Source: Thermoproteota archaeon (GTDB lineage Archaea > Asgardarchaeota > Jordiarchaeia > Jordiarchaeales > Freyrarchaeaceae). From it: a stretch of 64,000 bases of DNA. Shown piece after piece: positions 48,142-57,485 of this stretch. The stretch's first letter is position 1; each line of letters starts with the position of its first letter. The DNA is taken from positions 64,001 through 128,000 of the forward strand of contig JAPDJY010000035.1 in the NCBI GenBank assembly GCA_029258835.1, read 5' to 3'. The notes below the pieces were generated by a model, which searched no databases, was not told where the DNA came from, and worked only from the letters and a program-made list of their open reading frames with translations. The position numbers were made by a program, and so were the translations under genes.

Positions 48142-48927
48142 ATGAGCGGGCAGACTTTCATTGTAGACTTCTGGAGGACTGGAATTCACAGGGAGGAATT
48201 TGGCATCCGGCAAAAGGAATTTTTAATGTCTAAGTCTCGGCAGTTTACGCGTGACCTAGACTTATGTGGGCGCCTGAAACGTGGTTCAGAGGAGATTGGA
48301 TACATAGGTTATCGGAGGGGAGTGTGGGATCTCAAGGAGGCAGGGAGATTGGATAAACAGAGACTCGTTATCAAGGCTTTTTCGAATTCCTTCTCGTGGA
48401 TGGGTAGTATTGAGGAAGTTGTTAACCGAACCGTTTCAAAGTCTATTGGTGTAGGCGAAGTAATGCCTGTTTTCGCAGCGGTTTTGCCGGATAATAAGTT
48501 AGTTTATAACATTGAGAGAGTCTATAGGGGGCCGCTAAGAACCGTTACGTATGTTTTTTCCTTTATCGACGAGAAAAGTAAAACGTTTCAGCCGGTTAAG
48601 ATTGTGGGTAAACGTGTTTCCCTCGGAGCAGACTTCGACGTTTTCTACGGTGCTGATGAGCAACGTATAGGCCGCATTGATGGCAAGATAGCAGACTTAG
48701 GAGGAAGGTTTGAAGTAAAAATTTTAGATGAGACCTTGGTTAGGAATGAAGAGCTAATGCGTGTATTATTACTTTTCACGTCAACTCTAAAGTTTCATAG
48801 TGAGTTGGAGGAACGTGTGAAGAGGCTCTTAGAGGCTATGCGTAAAGGCGACTTGATTCCTGAGGTTCAGAGCGAGGAGCTGGGGCTTTTGGTTAATCCA
48901 CGCGTGCTTAGGAGCGCTGTATTTTGA
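48142..48927 (+). CDS. Hypothetical protein, possibly tubby/LURP-one/scramblase-like beta-barrel
   Basis: Beta-strand-rich body (KRVSLGADFDVF..RIGRIDGKIADLGGRFEVKI) followed by a hydrophobic helix. Confidence 0.5.
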   Translation: MSGQTFIVDFWRTGIHREEFGIRQKEFLMSKSRQFTRDLDLCGRLKRGSEEIGYIGYRRGVWDLKEAGRLDKQRLVIKAFSNSFSWMGSIEEVVNRTVSKSIGVGEVMPVFAAVLPDNKLVYNIERVYRGPLRTVTYVFSFIDEKSKTFQPVKIVGKRVSLGADFDVFYGADEQRIGRIDGKIADLGGRFEVKILDETLVRNEELMRVLLLFTSTLKFHSELEERVKRLLEAMRKGDLIPEVQSEELGLLVNPRVLRSAVF

Positions 48928-49143
48928 TTAAATATGAGTATTGCTCATTTTCCCCTTAATTTTTTAACACGTTTATGTTAATTTACCACCTGATTAATAA
49001 TCCTTATTTGTTTTTTAAGCATATATTCTTGTAAACCCTTACTTTAACTAACCGCTACTTTTTTAACCCTTCAGTTTTTAGGATAGTAGGAATATTGGCC
49101 TCCTTCAGTTTAAAAATAAAACCAGTCTGAAGAGGTAACTTGA

Positions 49144-50433
49144 ATGTATGCCCTCTTCCTAGGATGCATAATACCTTTCCGCCTTCCTTTTATAGAGAAA
49201 ACAGCTAGGACAATATTTGACCTTCTAGACGTTGAAGTTTGTGACATACCCCAATTTTCATGCTGCCCAAACACAAATCTCAAGCCCTTAGGAGAGATCA
49301 CGTGGCACACTATAGCTGCTAGGAACCTTGCCTTAGCCGAAAAGGAAAACCTAGACATAATATGCCTCTGCAGTGGATGTTCTAAAAACCTGAAAACCGC
49401 CAACGTTCACTTAAAAAACAATCCTGAACTTCTAGAAGAAGTTAACTCTCGCCTTTCAAGAATCAACCTTGAATACAATGGAACAGTAAAGGTTAGGCAT
49501 TTTGTAGAAGTTCTCCTCTCACTCGGACTTGAAGATTTAGAGCAAAAAGTGGTTTACCCGCTTACTGGAATAAGAGTTGCGCCTCATTACGGATGCCACC
49601 TTCTCAGGCCGAGCGAGGAGGTACTATTCGATGACCCGCTAAACCCTAAATCTCTTGACAAACTAGTAGAAATCTTAGGGGCTACAAGCGTTAACTATGA
49701 AACGAAAATGCTGTGCTGTGGAGGCGAGCTAAGCCCCGTTGATCCAGAGGAGTCGTTTAACATGGCGAGAAGAAAGCTTAAAGAAGTAAGGGATGTTGCA
49801 GACTGCTTAACGGTGGTTTGCCCGTTCTGCTTCACACAGTATGATTCTGGGCAGGTGAGGATGAAGTTCTCCCCAGGCGTCCCAATAATTCATTACTTAG
49901 AATTGTTAGCTTTAGCTATGGGTGTTCCCCTCTCTGAAATAGGTTTCAGCCATCATAGAGTTAAACCAGAAAACTTGATTGAGGAAGCGGTTAGAAGAAG
50001 GCAAGCCATAGACTACCTTTCCAATTTCTTTGATGTGGAATTGCTGAAGAGCTGCGTGTCTTGCGGTGCTTGCAGTGAGGTCTGCCCTATAGCAGGTCAA
50101 GATTACAATCCGCACTCGGTGGTTTCAGCGTTGCTCGAGGGACGGCTTGACGATGTGATCGAACAAGGAAATTATTGGAAGTGCGCTGAGTGCTACACGT
50201 GCCATGAAATGTGCCCTCAACGAATGGGACTCGTGGAAATTTTCTCTACTCTTAAAAGAATCGCCGTTGAAAGGCGGAAGCTCCCCCCTCATGTCGTAGA
50301 ACAAAGAAATGCTGTGATTAAGAACGGATTTGCCATTCCGCCAAGCATGGCTCTTAGAAAACGTTTTGGGCTTCCTGCCCCTCCCTCCCCGAACGTTGAA
50401 GAATTAAAGATACTGGTGAAGGAAGATGGGTAA
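49144..50433 (+). CDS. Heterodisulfide reductase B-C fusion protein
   Basis: Two CCG domains (FLGC, SCCP, CSGC, HYGCH, CCG, CPFC) followed by HdrC-type CVSCGACSEVCP and WKCAECYTCHEMCP. Confidence 0.9.
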   Translation: MYALFLGCIIPFRLPFIEKTARTIFDLLDVEVCDIPQFSCCPNTNLKPLGEITWHTIAARNLALAEKENLDIICLCSGCSKNLKTANVHLKNNPELLEEVNSRLSRINLEYNGTVKVRHFVEVLLSLGLEDLEQKVVYPLTGIRVAPHYGCHLLRPSEEVLFDDPLNPKSLDKLVEILGATSVNYETKMLCCGGELSPVDPEESFNMARRKLKEVRDVADCLTVVCPFCFTQYDSGQVRMKFSPGVPIIHYLELLALAMGVPLSEIGFSHHRVKPENLIEEAVRRRQAIDYLSNFFDVELLKSCVSCGACSEVCPIAGQDYNPHSVVSALLEGRLDDVIEQGNYWKCAECYTCHEMCPQRMGLVEIFSTLKRIAVERRKLPPHVVEQRNAVIKNGFAIPPSMALRKRFGLPAPPSPNVEELKILVKEDG

Positions 50434-51484
50434 AGACATTTCTGGATGTGGCATATTTGGTATGATGGATGTTACCGGGCGCCTAATATCTGGCGAAGAG
50501 GTTATTAAAGCGATAGATACGATGAACTACAGGTATAATGGTCTAGGCGGCGGCTTTGCGGGATACGGAATATATCCGAAATATGCTGACTGTTATGCCC
50601 TCCACGTTCACATAATGAACCCAGAGGCTAAACTTGCTGTTGAGAATTTCCTTTACGAACGCTTAACGGTAGTGAAAGATGAGGAGATACCCCATAGAAA
50701 AGTCGCTGAAATAGACGATAACGGCATAATAAACTGGAGGTACTTTGTTAAACCTCCTGAGGAGGAAGGTAACCCAGATGATTACATAGTGAAAATAGTT
50801 ATGCACATAAATATAAGCATACCTGACGCGTATGTTTTCTCTAGCGGTAAAAATATGGGAGTCTTCAAGGCCGTGGGATACCCGGCGAAGGTTGCAGAGT
50901 ATTATAAAATAGAATCTTACAATGCGTACACATGGATCGCTCATGGAAGATATCCGACGAACACTCCTGGATGGTGGGGGGGTGCTCATCCTTTTAATAT
51001 TTTAGACTGGAGCGTGGTTCACAATGGAGAAATAAGCTCTTATGGCACTAACAAAAACTTCTTGGAAATGTGGGGGTATAAGTGTACGTTGTTAACCGAT
51101 ACTGAAGTGGTCGCGTATCTCTTCGACCTTCTAGTAAGAAGGCATGGACTTCCTCTTGAACTTGCATGCAAGGCGATGGCGCCTCCTTTCTGGGCGCAGA
51201 TTAATAACAACTATGATAAGCAGGCTAAGGTGTTAAGAGCAATAAGAATGACATACCCCGGAGCACTTCTTAATGGTCCCTTCAGCATAATAGTTGCTAC
51301 CAATCGATTTATGCTAGGCTTAGGGGACAGGATAAAATTACGTCCTCTAATAGCCGCGCAGAAAGACAACGTATATTATATTTCAAGTGAGGAATGTGCT
51401 ATTAAAACGGTATGTCAAAACCCTGATAGAGTATGGGCGCCTAGGGCAGGAGAGCCGGTCATAATATACATGCAGCCATCATAA
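50426..51484 (+). CDS. Glutamate synthase, glutamine amidotransferase subunit
   Basis: Ntn Cys in GCGIFG, HGRYPTNT, GAHPF, VHNGEI, TDTEV and DRIKLRP motifs. Confidence 0.92.
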   Translation: MGKDISGCGIFGMMDVTGRLISGEEVIKAIDTMNYRYNGLGGGFAGYGIYPKYADCYALHVHIMNPEAKLAVENFLYERLTVVKDEEIPHRKVAEIDDNGIINWRYFVKPPEEEGNPDDYIVKIVMHINISIPDAYVFSSGKNMGVFKAVGYPAKVAEYYKIESYNAYTWIAHGRYPTNTPGWWGGAHPFNILDWSVVHNGEISSYGTNKNFLEMWGYKCTLLTDTEVVAYLFDLLVRRHGLPLELACKAMAPPFWAQINNNYDKQAKVLRAIRMTYPGALLNGPFSIIVATNRFMLGLGDRIKLRPLIAAQKDNVYYISSEECAIKTVCQNPDRVWAPRAGEPVIIYMQPS

Positions 51485-51504
51485 AAGGAGGAACGGATGG
51501 CGTC

Positions 51505-52998
51505 ATGTTCCCTCCAAGATTTAAAGTTGAAATAGATCAGGAGAAATGTATCAGATGCAAGCGATGTACGGTGAATTGCACCTATGACGCCCTTTCATAC
51601 GACCCAGAATTAGACCGTATAGTTCCTAATGATGAGAACTGTGTTGCCTGCCTCCGATGTGCAATGATGTGCCCTCAGAAAGCAATAACCATAACTAAGC
51701 ATCCAATGACCTTTGCGCCTCATGCTCATTGGAGTGAGCGTGTAAGACGTGATATAATCCAGCAAGCATCTACAGGAAGTGCACTTATATCTGGAATGGG
51801 AAACGACTTAGAGTACCCTACAATATTTGACCATTTGGTGATCGATGCTTGCCAAGTGACGAACCCAGCAATAGACCCTCTAAGAGAACCTATAGAGGTT
51901 ACAACTTTTCTGGGAAAAAAGCCAAAACAGTTGAGATTTGACGCAGACCTAAACTTAGAAACGGAAATAGCACCAAACCTGGTTCTGGAAACCCCTATTA
52001 TAATAGGGCATATTTCATATGGCGCCATAAACCTTAACGCCCATAAGGCGCTTGCCATGGCTGTGAAAGAAGCTGGAACCATACTTGGTTCAGGGGAGGG
52101 TGGGCTTCACCCCGAACTCTACCCTTACGCAGACCATATCATGGTACAGGTAGCTTCAGGAAGGTTTGGAGTACACCAGCAGTATCTTGAAGTTGCCGCT
52201 GCAGTAGAGATAAAAATAGGGCAGGGTGCTAAGCCAGGGCATGGCGGCACCCTGCCTGGAAGCAAGGTTCTCCCTCCCATAGCAGCTACACGTATGATTC
52301 CGCCTTTTACCGACGCCTTTTCCCCTGCCCCCCAAGAGGACATCTACAGTATAGAGGATCTCTCCCAGCTGGTTTACGCCCTCAAGGAAGCGACAGAATA
52401 CACTAAGCCGGTATCAGTAAAGATAGCTGCTGTTCATAATGTCGCATCTATAGCTAGTGGGATAGCGAGGTCAGGAGCAGACATAATAACGATAGATGGA
52501 TTTAGAGGGGGGACGGGGGCTGCACCAAGAATTCTGAGGGATCACGTTGGCATTCCTATAGAAGTCGCTATAGCAGCCGTTGATGAGCGTTTACGCAAAG
52601 AGGGAATAAGAAATGAAGTTAGCCTTATCGCCAGTGGAGGAGTAAGATCTGCTGCGGATGTGGTGAAAGCAATATGCTTAGGGGCGGATGCGGTGGCAAT
52701 AGTGACGCCGGCTATGATTGCTATGGGATGTACGGTTTGTCAGCAGTGTCACCGTGGATTATGCGCCCATGGAATAGCTACTACAAGACCGGAGCTTGCT
52801 AAGCGCCTTAACCCTGAAACTGCTTCGAAACGTGTTGTGAACCTTCTCTCAGCATGGACTAAGGAAATCAAAGAAGTTTTAGGTGCCCTAGGCGTTAACT
52901 CTATTGACTCAATTAGAGGCAATAGAGAGAAGCTGAGAGCTGTAGAACTACATGAAAGCACTATGAAGATTTTAGGCGTCAAACCTGCAGGAGAGTAG
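51505..52998 (+). CDS. Glutamate synthase FMN-binding subunit with N-terminal 2x[4Fe-4S] domain
   Basis: SGEGG, QVASGRFGV, EIKIGQGAKPGHGG, DIYSIEDL, DGFRGGTGA and CTVCQQCH..C motifs. Confidence 0.95.
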   Translation: MFPPRFKVEIDQEKCIRCKRCTVNCTYDALSYDPELDRIVPNDENCVACLRCAMMCPQKAITITKHPMTFAPHAHWSERVRRDIIQQASTGSALISGMGNDLEYPTIFDHLVIDACQVTNPAIDPLREPIEVTTFLGKKPKQLRFDADLNLETEIAPNLVLETPIIIGHISYGAINLNAHKALAMAVKEAGTILGSGEGGLHPELYPYADHIMVQVASGRFGVHQQYLEVAAAVEIKIGQGAKPGHGGTLPGSKVLPPIAATRMIPPFTDAFSPAPQEDIYSIEDLSQLVYALKEATEYTKPVSVKIAAVHNVASIASGIARSGADIITIDGFRGGTGAAPRILRDHVGIPIEVAIAAVDERLRKEGIRNEVSLIASGGVRSAADVVKAICLGADAVAIVTPAMIAMGCTVCQQCHRGLCAHGIATTRPELAKRLNPETASKRVVNLLSAWTKEIKEVLGALGVNSIDSIRGNREKLRAVELHESTMKILGVKPAGE

Positions 52999-53064
52999 CA
53001 TGGAAAAGTTTTTTAAAAAGAAGCTTGCGTCAGAACTATTCTAGAATTAGTTGGTGATGAGGGC

Positions 53065-53796
53065 TTGGCGCGTATTGATGCATCTAAGCTTTCCTTTAGG
53101 GAGCTTAACCAGCGGATTAGAGCACTTGCAATGGATGGAGCCAGCGAAATCGAAGTTGTTAACGTTAATGGTCAAAGATATATTGGAGCAGGATTGAGAG
53201 GAAACTTAACTATAAAAATATATGGTACCCCGGGGAACGACCTAGCAGTTTTCATGGATGGCCCCACAATTTTAGTTTATGGGAACGGTCAAGACGGTGT
53301 TTGCAACACCATGAATAATGGATTAGTAGTCGTTCATGGTGACGTACGTGATATTCCCGGGTATTCCATGAGAGGTGGAACCCTTCTGGTTAAGGGTAAT
53401 GCCGGTTACAGGGTTGGAATACACATGAAGGCGTATGGTGAAAGCGTCCCTAAGATCGTCATCGGAGGCGTCGGCAGCGATTTTCTAGGTGAATATATGG
53501 CTGGCGGAGTGATAGTCGTTTTAAACTTAAACGACGAGGAAAGCCCTGTTGGATTTTACACGGGAACTGGAATGCATGGAGGCGCAATATATATTAGAGG
53601 AAAAGTTAGAGAATCAGATCTCGGCGTGGGAGCGCGCATAGCTCCAATTAAAAAAAGCGAAATTGGAATGATCAACGAATTAGTGAAACTATATTCAGCT
53701 AGCTTTAACACTCCCTTGGAGATTTCTCCAACAGAATTCATGAAAGTCACCTTTAAAACCAGGAGGCCGTTCGGAAGCCTTTATGTTTTGGAGTGA
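53065..53796 (+). CDS. Glutamate synthase GXGXG-domain subunit
   Basis: GQRYIG, GTPGNDL, GEYMAGG and GTGMHGG beta-helix motifs; in the glt operon. Confidence 0.92.
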   Translation: MARIDASKLSFRELNQRIRALAMDGASEIEVVNVNGQRYIGAGLRGNLTIKIYGTPGNDLAVFMDGPTILVYGNGQDGVCNTMNNGLVVVHGDVRDIPGYSMRGGTLLVKGNAGYRVGIHMKAYGESVPKIVIGGVGSDFLGEYMAGGVIVVLNLNDEESPVGFYTGTGMHGGAIYIRGKVRESDLGVGARIAPIKKSEIGMINELVKLYSASFNTPLEISPTEFMKVTFKTRRPFGSLYVLE

Positions 53797-53840
53797 TAAT
53801 GAAGAGCCGCACTAAGGAAGAATAGTATTAATGTTTCTTT

Positions 53841-54092
53841 TCATTTTCCTTTGCTACTCATGTCTATTACAATGTAGCTTTTGATGTGTTCTACTCCCTG
53901 CACTCTTCTCGTTTCTAGAAGCCAGTTGTATAAGGAATCATAGTCCGGGAAATCCACTATTGAGATGAGGTCATGCTCACCCGCTATGACGTAGATTCTC
54001 TTTACGTTTCTGTCCTTTTTAAGTACGCTTATCACCCATTCTTCGAATCCTGGCCTCACATCGAAGATCATAAAGGATCTCATTTCCCCCAC
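53841..54092 (-). CDS. Stand-alone Lrp/AsnC ligand-binding (RAM) domain protein
   Basis: YVIAGEHDLI and RRVQGV motifs; no HTH. Confidence 0.85.
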   Translation of the reverse strand: MGEMRSFMIFDVRPGFEEWVISVLKKDRNVKRIYVIAGEHDLISIVDFPDYDSLYNWLLETRRVQGVEHIKSYIVIDMSSKGK

Positions 54093-54095
54093 CTT

Positions 54096-54335
54096 TCATG
54101 ATTTACAAACTTTAACTACAGGTAGTGTTTTTGTTTTAACTACTTCCTTAAGCCTCCTGACATTCATAACCACCTCAAAAACTCTTTCCATACTCTCAGT
54201 CTCAACTATCGCTATTATATCATGCCCTCCAGTAACCAAGTAACTTTCAACGATTTCAGGAAACGCGGCAAGTTTCTCAAAAACGATTTTTTCAGTTCCA
54301 GGGGTAACATCTATCTCAAGCAAAAGTACGAACAT
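54096..54335 (-). CDS. Stand-alone Lrp/AsnC ligand-binding (RAM) domain protein
   Basis: YLVTGGHDIIA and VVKTKT motifs; no HTH. Confidence 0.87.
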   Translation of the reverse strand: MFVLLLEIDVTPGTEKIVFEKLAAFPEIVESYLVTGGHDIIAIVETESMERVFEVVMNVRRLKEVVKTKTLPVVKVCKS

Positions 54336-54419
54336 CCATTCACCCCCATAGTTAGCGGAAAATTTTTAGCCTTAAAAACTTAAAAACCTCTTGCCATTAA
54401 GCTATAAGAGGGGCGTTCG

Positions 54420-54671
54420 ATGATCTCTGCATTCGTAATGATTAAAATCGAACGTGGTGAGGACATTAATTGGATTAGTATGGTTAAAGAGGTCCTCCAG
54501 AAGGCTCCCGGAGTTAAAGAGGTGCACGCAGTCTTTGGGTCCTGTGACTTCATAGTCAAAGTTGAGGCGGAAAACTTCCAGCAACTAAGCAACATTATAA
54601 TCGAAAAAATAAGAGGTGCACCAGGAGTAACATCAACCGAGACGTTTATAACACTTCCCTTCGACGAATGA
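54420..54671 (+). CDS. Stand-alone Lrp/AsnC ligand-binding (RAM) domain protein
   Basis: VHAVFGSCDFIVKV and IRGAPGVTSTETF motifs; no HTH. Confidence 0.88.
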   Translation: MISAFVMIKIERGEDINWISMVKEVLQKAPGVKEVHAVFGSCDFIVKVEAENFQQLSNIIIEKIRGAPGVTSTETFITLPFDE

Positions 54672-54722
54672 AATTTTCCATTCAAAATGAATTTTTAGCG
54701 CTATAAAAGAAAATGTGTTAAT

Positions 54723-56069
54723 TTATAAGATCGGAAGGTACCTCTTTATTTCCCACTCTGTGACGGTGATTCTAAACTCGTCCCACTCTCTGCGTTTTGC
54801 CTCTAAGTATTTATTGTAAACGTGGTCCCCCAGTGCCTCCCTTAACAAAGAGCTCTTAGATGCGTATTCGAGGGCTTCTCCCAAAGATCCCGGGAGCATG
54901 TCGATGTATAGCTCTTTAAGTTTTGCATCATCGAAGTGGTATATATCTTCCTCAACTGGTTCGGGTGGCTCTATCTTCTGCTTGATTCCTTCGAGGCCGG
55001 CTTTGAGCATCGCGGAGAAAGCAAGGTATGGGTTGCATGAAGGGTCAGGGCATCTTAACTCGGCTCTCATTGATTTTCCGCGGCCAATGAAGTATTCCGG
55101 CACACGGATCAGAGCAGACCTGTTACGGCGAGCCCAGCTAATGTATACTGGCGCCTCGTATCCTGGCACAAGCCTTTTATACGAGTTAACTGTTGGAGCA
55201 AGAGCGATTAAGATTTCTTTAATGTATTTAAGCTGCCCTCCTATGAAGTAATATGCTATATCAGAGAGGTTATACTTATCGTCGGGATCGAAGAAGGCGT
55301 TTTCTCCGTCCTTCCATAAGCTTTGATGGACATGCATTCCTGAGCCGTTCTGTCCAAAGATCGGTTTTGGCATAAAGGATGCGTGTAATCCATGCCTTCT
55401 TGCCACAGACTTGACGATAAACCTATACGTTATAACAGCATCCGCTATGGTCAATGCATCACTGTATTTAAAGTCTATTTCATGTTGTCCCGGCGCTACT
55501 TCATGATGACCCATCTCGACCGGTATTCCCATTTCCTGAAGTGCTTGTGTGGCTTCTGCCCGCACGTTAAATGCTTGGTCTAAAGGTGCTAGGTCAAAGT
55601 AGCCGCCATAGTCTTGAGGCTCCGGTGCAATTCCGTTTTCCATTTTGAAAAGGAAAAATTCAAGCTCTGGGCCTACATTGTAGGAGAACCCCATTTTGCG
55701 TGCTTCTTCCAAATTTCTCTTTAAGACGTACCTAGGGTCTCCTTCGAACGGTTTACCTTCCGGCCTGTAAACGTCACAGTACACGAGGGCTACTCCTCTT
55801 CCCATGGTTAACCCTGAGAGTACTCGGAAAGACGTTGGATCGGGTATTAGTCTCATGTCGCTTTCATAAATTCTAACGAACCCCTCTATGGACGAGCCGT
55901 CGAAGCCCACGCCCTCATTTAAGGTGTCTTCGAAGCGTTCAATTGGTATCGTGCATGCTTTTGGCGTGCCAAGAATGTCAACGAACTTTAGTAAAATTAG
56001 GCGGATATCCTTCTCCCTTGCTTCTCTAAGAACTTTTTCTTTAATTTCTTCTAGCTCCTGCTCCTTCAA
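54723..56069 (-). CDS. glnA: Glutamine synthetase type I
   Basis: FDGSSIEG, GPELEF, HHEVAPGQHE, FMPKP..NGSGMH, NSYKRLVPGYEAP, NRSALIR and ELRCPD motifs. Confidence 0.98.
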   Translation of the reverse strand: MKEQELEEIKEKVLREAREKDIRLILLKFVDILGTPKACTIPIERFEDTLNEGVGFDGSSIEGFVRIYESDMRLIPDPTSFRVLSGLTMGRGVALVYCDVYRPEGKPFEGDPRYVLKRNLEEARKMGFSYNVGPELEFFLFKMENGIAPEPQDYGGYFDLAPLDQAFNVRAEATQALQEMGIPVEMGHHEVAPGQHEIDFKYSDALTIADAVITYRFIVKSVARRHGLHASFMPKPIFGQNGSGMHVHQSLWKDGENAFFDPDDKYNLSDIAYYFIGGQLKYIKEILIALAPTVNSYKRLVPGYEAPVYISWARRNRSALIRVPEYFIGRGKSMRAELRCPDPSCNPYLAFSAMLKAGLEGIKQKIEPPEPVEEDIYHFDDAKLKELYIDMLPGSLGEALEYASKSSLLREALGDHVYNKYLEAKRREWDEFRITVTEWEIKRYLPIL

Positions 56070-56175
56070 ACCTCCAACCTGCCTCTTATTTGTTACATCT
56101 CGTAGTTCTTACATACATGAATATATTAATTCTGTTATGTTATCTGGTTAATCATCCTTATAATATTAATTAAAG

Positions 56176-56373
56176 CGAACATTTGTCTAGAAAAACCTAA
56201 TCTATTTCCTATATAGTGGACATTTGTCCATGTCCTTTTGTTTGAAACAACATGCCCCTTAGAAACCATATTTTTACGCATATACAAGTTTATTTTTGCG
56301 CATGCCATCATGTAAGTTTTTTAAATAATCTTTTATAATTTACTCTGGCTTTCCTTTAATAGACAAATGTTTT
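56176..56373. promoter_or_regulatory. Three copies of a semi-palindromic operator-like motif (core ACATTTGTC) between glnA and the divergent Lrp gene
   Basis: CGAACATTTGTCTA at 56176-56189, TGGACATTTGTCCA at 56217-56230, and inverted TAGACAAATGTTTT at 56360-56373. Confidence 0.6.
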
Positions 56374-56436
56374 TCATTAAAAACATTTAAGTAACATTTA
56401 TCTTATTTATTAAGTAAAAGGAAAATGTTAGCATAG

Positions 56437-56907
56437 GTGGTGCTTAACTTGTCGGCCACATTAGACGAGATTGACGTGCGAATTCTTGAAGAGTATTTAA
56501 AGGATGCTAGACGTTCATCGAGAGAAATAGCTAGGCGGGTGGGCGTTTCTACAACTACCGTTATAGCACGAACTAAGCGTTTAGAGCGTGAGGGAATAAT
56601 AAAGGGATATACTGTTATGGTTGACTATGAAAAACTAGGTTATGAAATTACAGCCATAACAGAAATTACTGTTTCTAAGGGAAAGCTTTTGGATGTAGAA
56701 AAAGAGGTTGCAAAGATCCCGTCTACCTGCGCGGTCTACGACGTGACGGGGGCGATTGACTGCATAGTCATCGCTAAATTTAGGAGCAGGAAGGAGCTAA
56801 GCGATTACACAAAACATCTTCTCTCGATACCATATGTTGAAAGAACGAACACACACGTCGTTCTAACCGTAGTTAAGGAAGATTTTAGAATGATGATCTC
56901 TAAGTAA
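56437..56907 (+). CDS. Lrp/AsnC family transcriptional regulator
   Basis: LDEIDVRIL..DARRSSREIARRVG HTH, GIIKGY and YDVTGAID motifs. Confidence 0.94.
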   Translation: MVLNLSATLDEIDVRILEEYLKDARRSSREIARRVGVSTTTVIARTKRLEREGIIKGYTVMVDYEKLGYEITAITEITVSKGKLLDVEKEVAKIPSTCAVYDVTGAIDCIVIAKFRSRKELSDYTKHLLSIPYVERTNTHVVLTVVKEDFRMMISK

Positions 56908-56950
56908 GAGCGGAAAGTAGGAAAGTTAAAGGCTGATAGGCTGCTGGATA

Positions 56951-57016
56951 GGCTCCGATGAGGAGGACTCGGGATTCTGAGTTGCAAGTGATGAGCTCGC
57001 GCAGGCCTGAGGAGCC
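56951..57016 (+). ncRNA. Box C/D guide sRNA
   Basis: Terminal stem GGCTCC/GGAGCC; degenerate box C (ccGATGA), D' CTGA 56977-56980, C' GTGATGA 56988-56994, D CTGA 57007-57010; GC-rich intergenic island. Confidence 0.85.
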
Positions 57017-57065
57017 CTGCTCCTAATCTCCGGCCCTTCTGCATTTTTGCTTAATTTTTTTCTCT

Positions 57066-57410
57066 TTAGAGGATCTCGTAGTCTAAGTCTCTGATTTTTT
57101 TAAGAGACTTCGGTTTTACTTTTGCCCTGCTCAAAATGGCTCCTTCCTCAAAAACGTCTTCTTTCTCTTCTTTTTTAGGCATATGCTTCTGACTTTTTTG
57201 AGTGGACATTCCACATGTTAGGTCTTTTTGCAGTTGCCCTCGGATGCATACTGCATATCTACATGAGGGGCCCTGACACGGGTCTTCGGCCCATTGACAC
57301 CAAATAATTTTCTTATTTCCTGAGTGTATTATTTTCATGCTTCTATTAGCGCATCTGAAAAACTTGCATAGGGGTGTACAACGTTTCTGGCTCAAGCCTA
57401 ATAGCCCCAA
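57066..57410 (-). CDS. Cys-rich conserved archaeal hypothetical protein
   Basis: CTPLCKFFRC..WCQWAEDPCQGPSCRYAVC..C (8 Cys) with a charged tail. Confidence 0.7.
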   Translation of the reverse strand: MGLLGLSQKRCTPLCKFFRCANRSMKIIHSGNKKIIWCQWAEDPCQGPSCRYAVCIRGQLQKDLTCGMSTQKSQKHMPKKEEKEDVFEEGAILSRAKVKPKSLKKIRDLDYEIL

Positions 57411-57485
57411 AACAAGCTTTCAAATTGAAAAAGTTAATTAAAACATAATAAACATTGCGATTGAAAGATGCTTACTGAACCATGT

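Noticed and set aside
53065-53796. GXGXG protein as the missing FwdC
   Set aside because: Its motifs and operon context match glutamate synthase domain 3.
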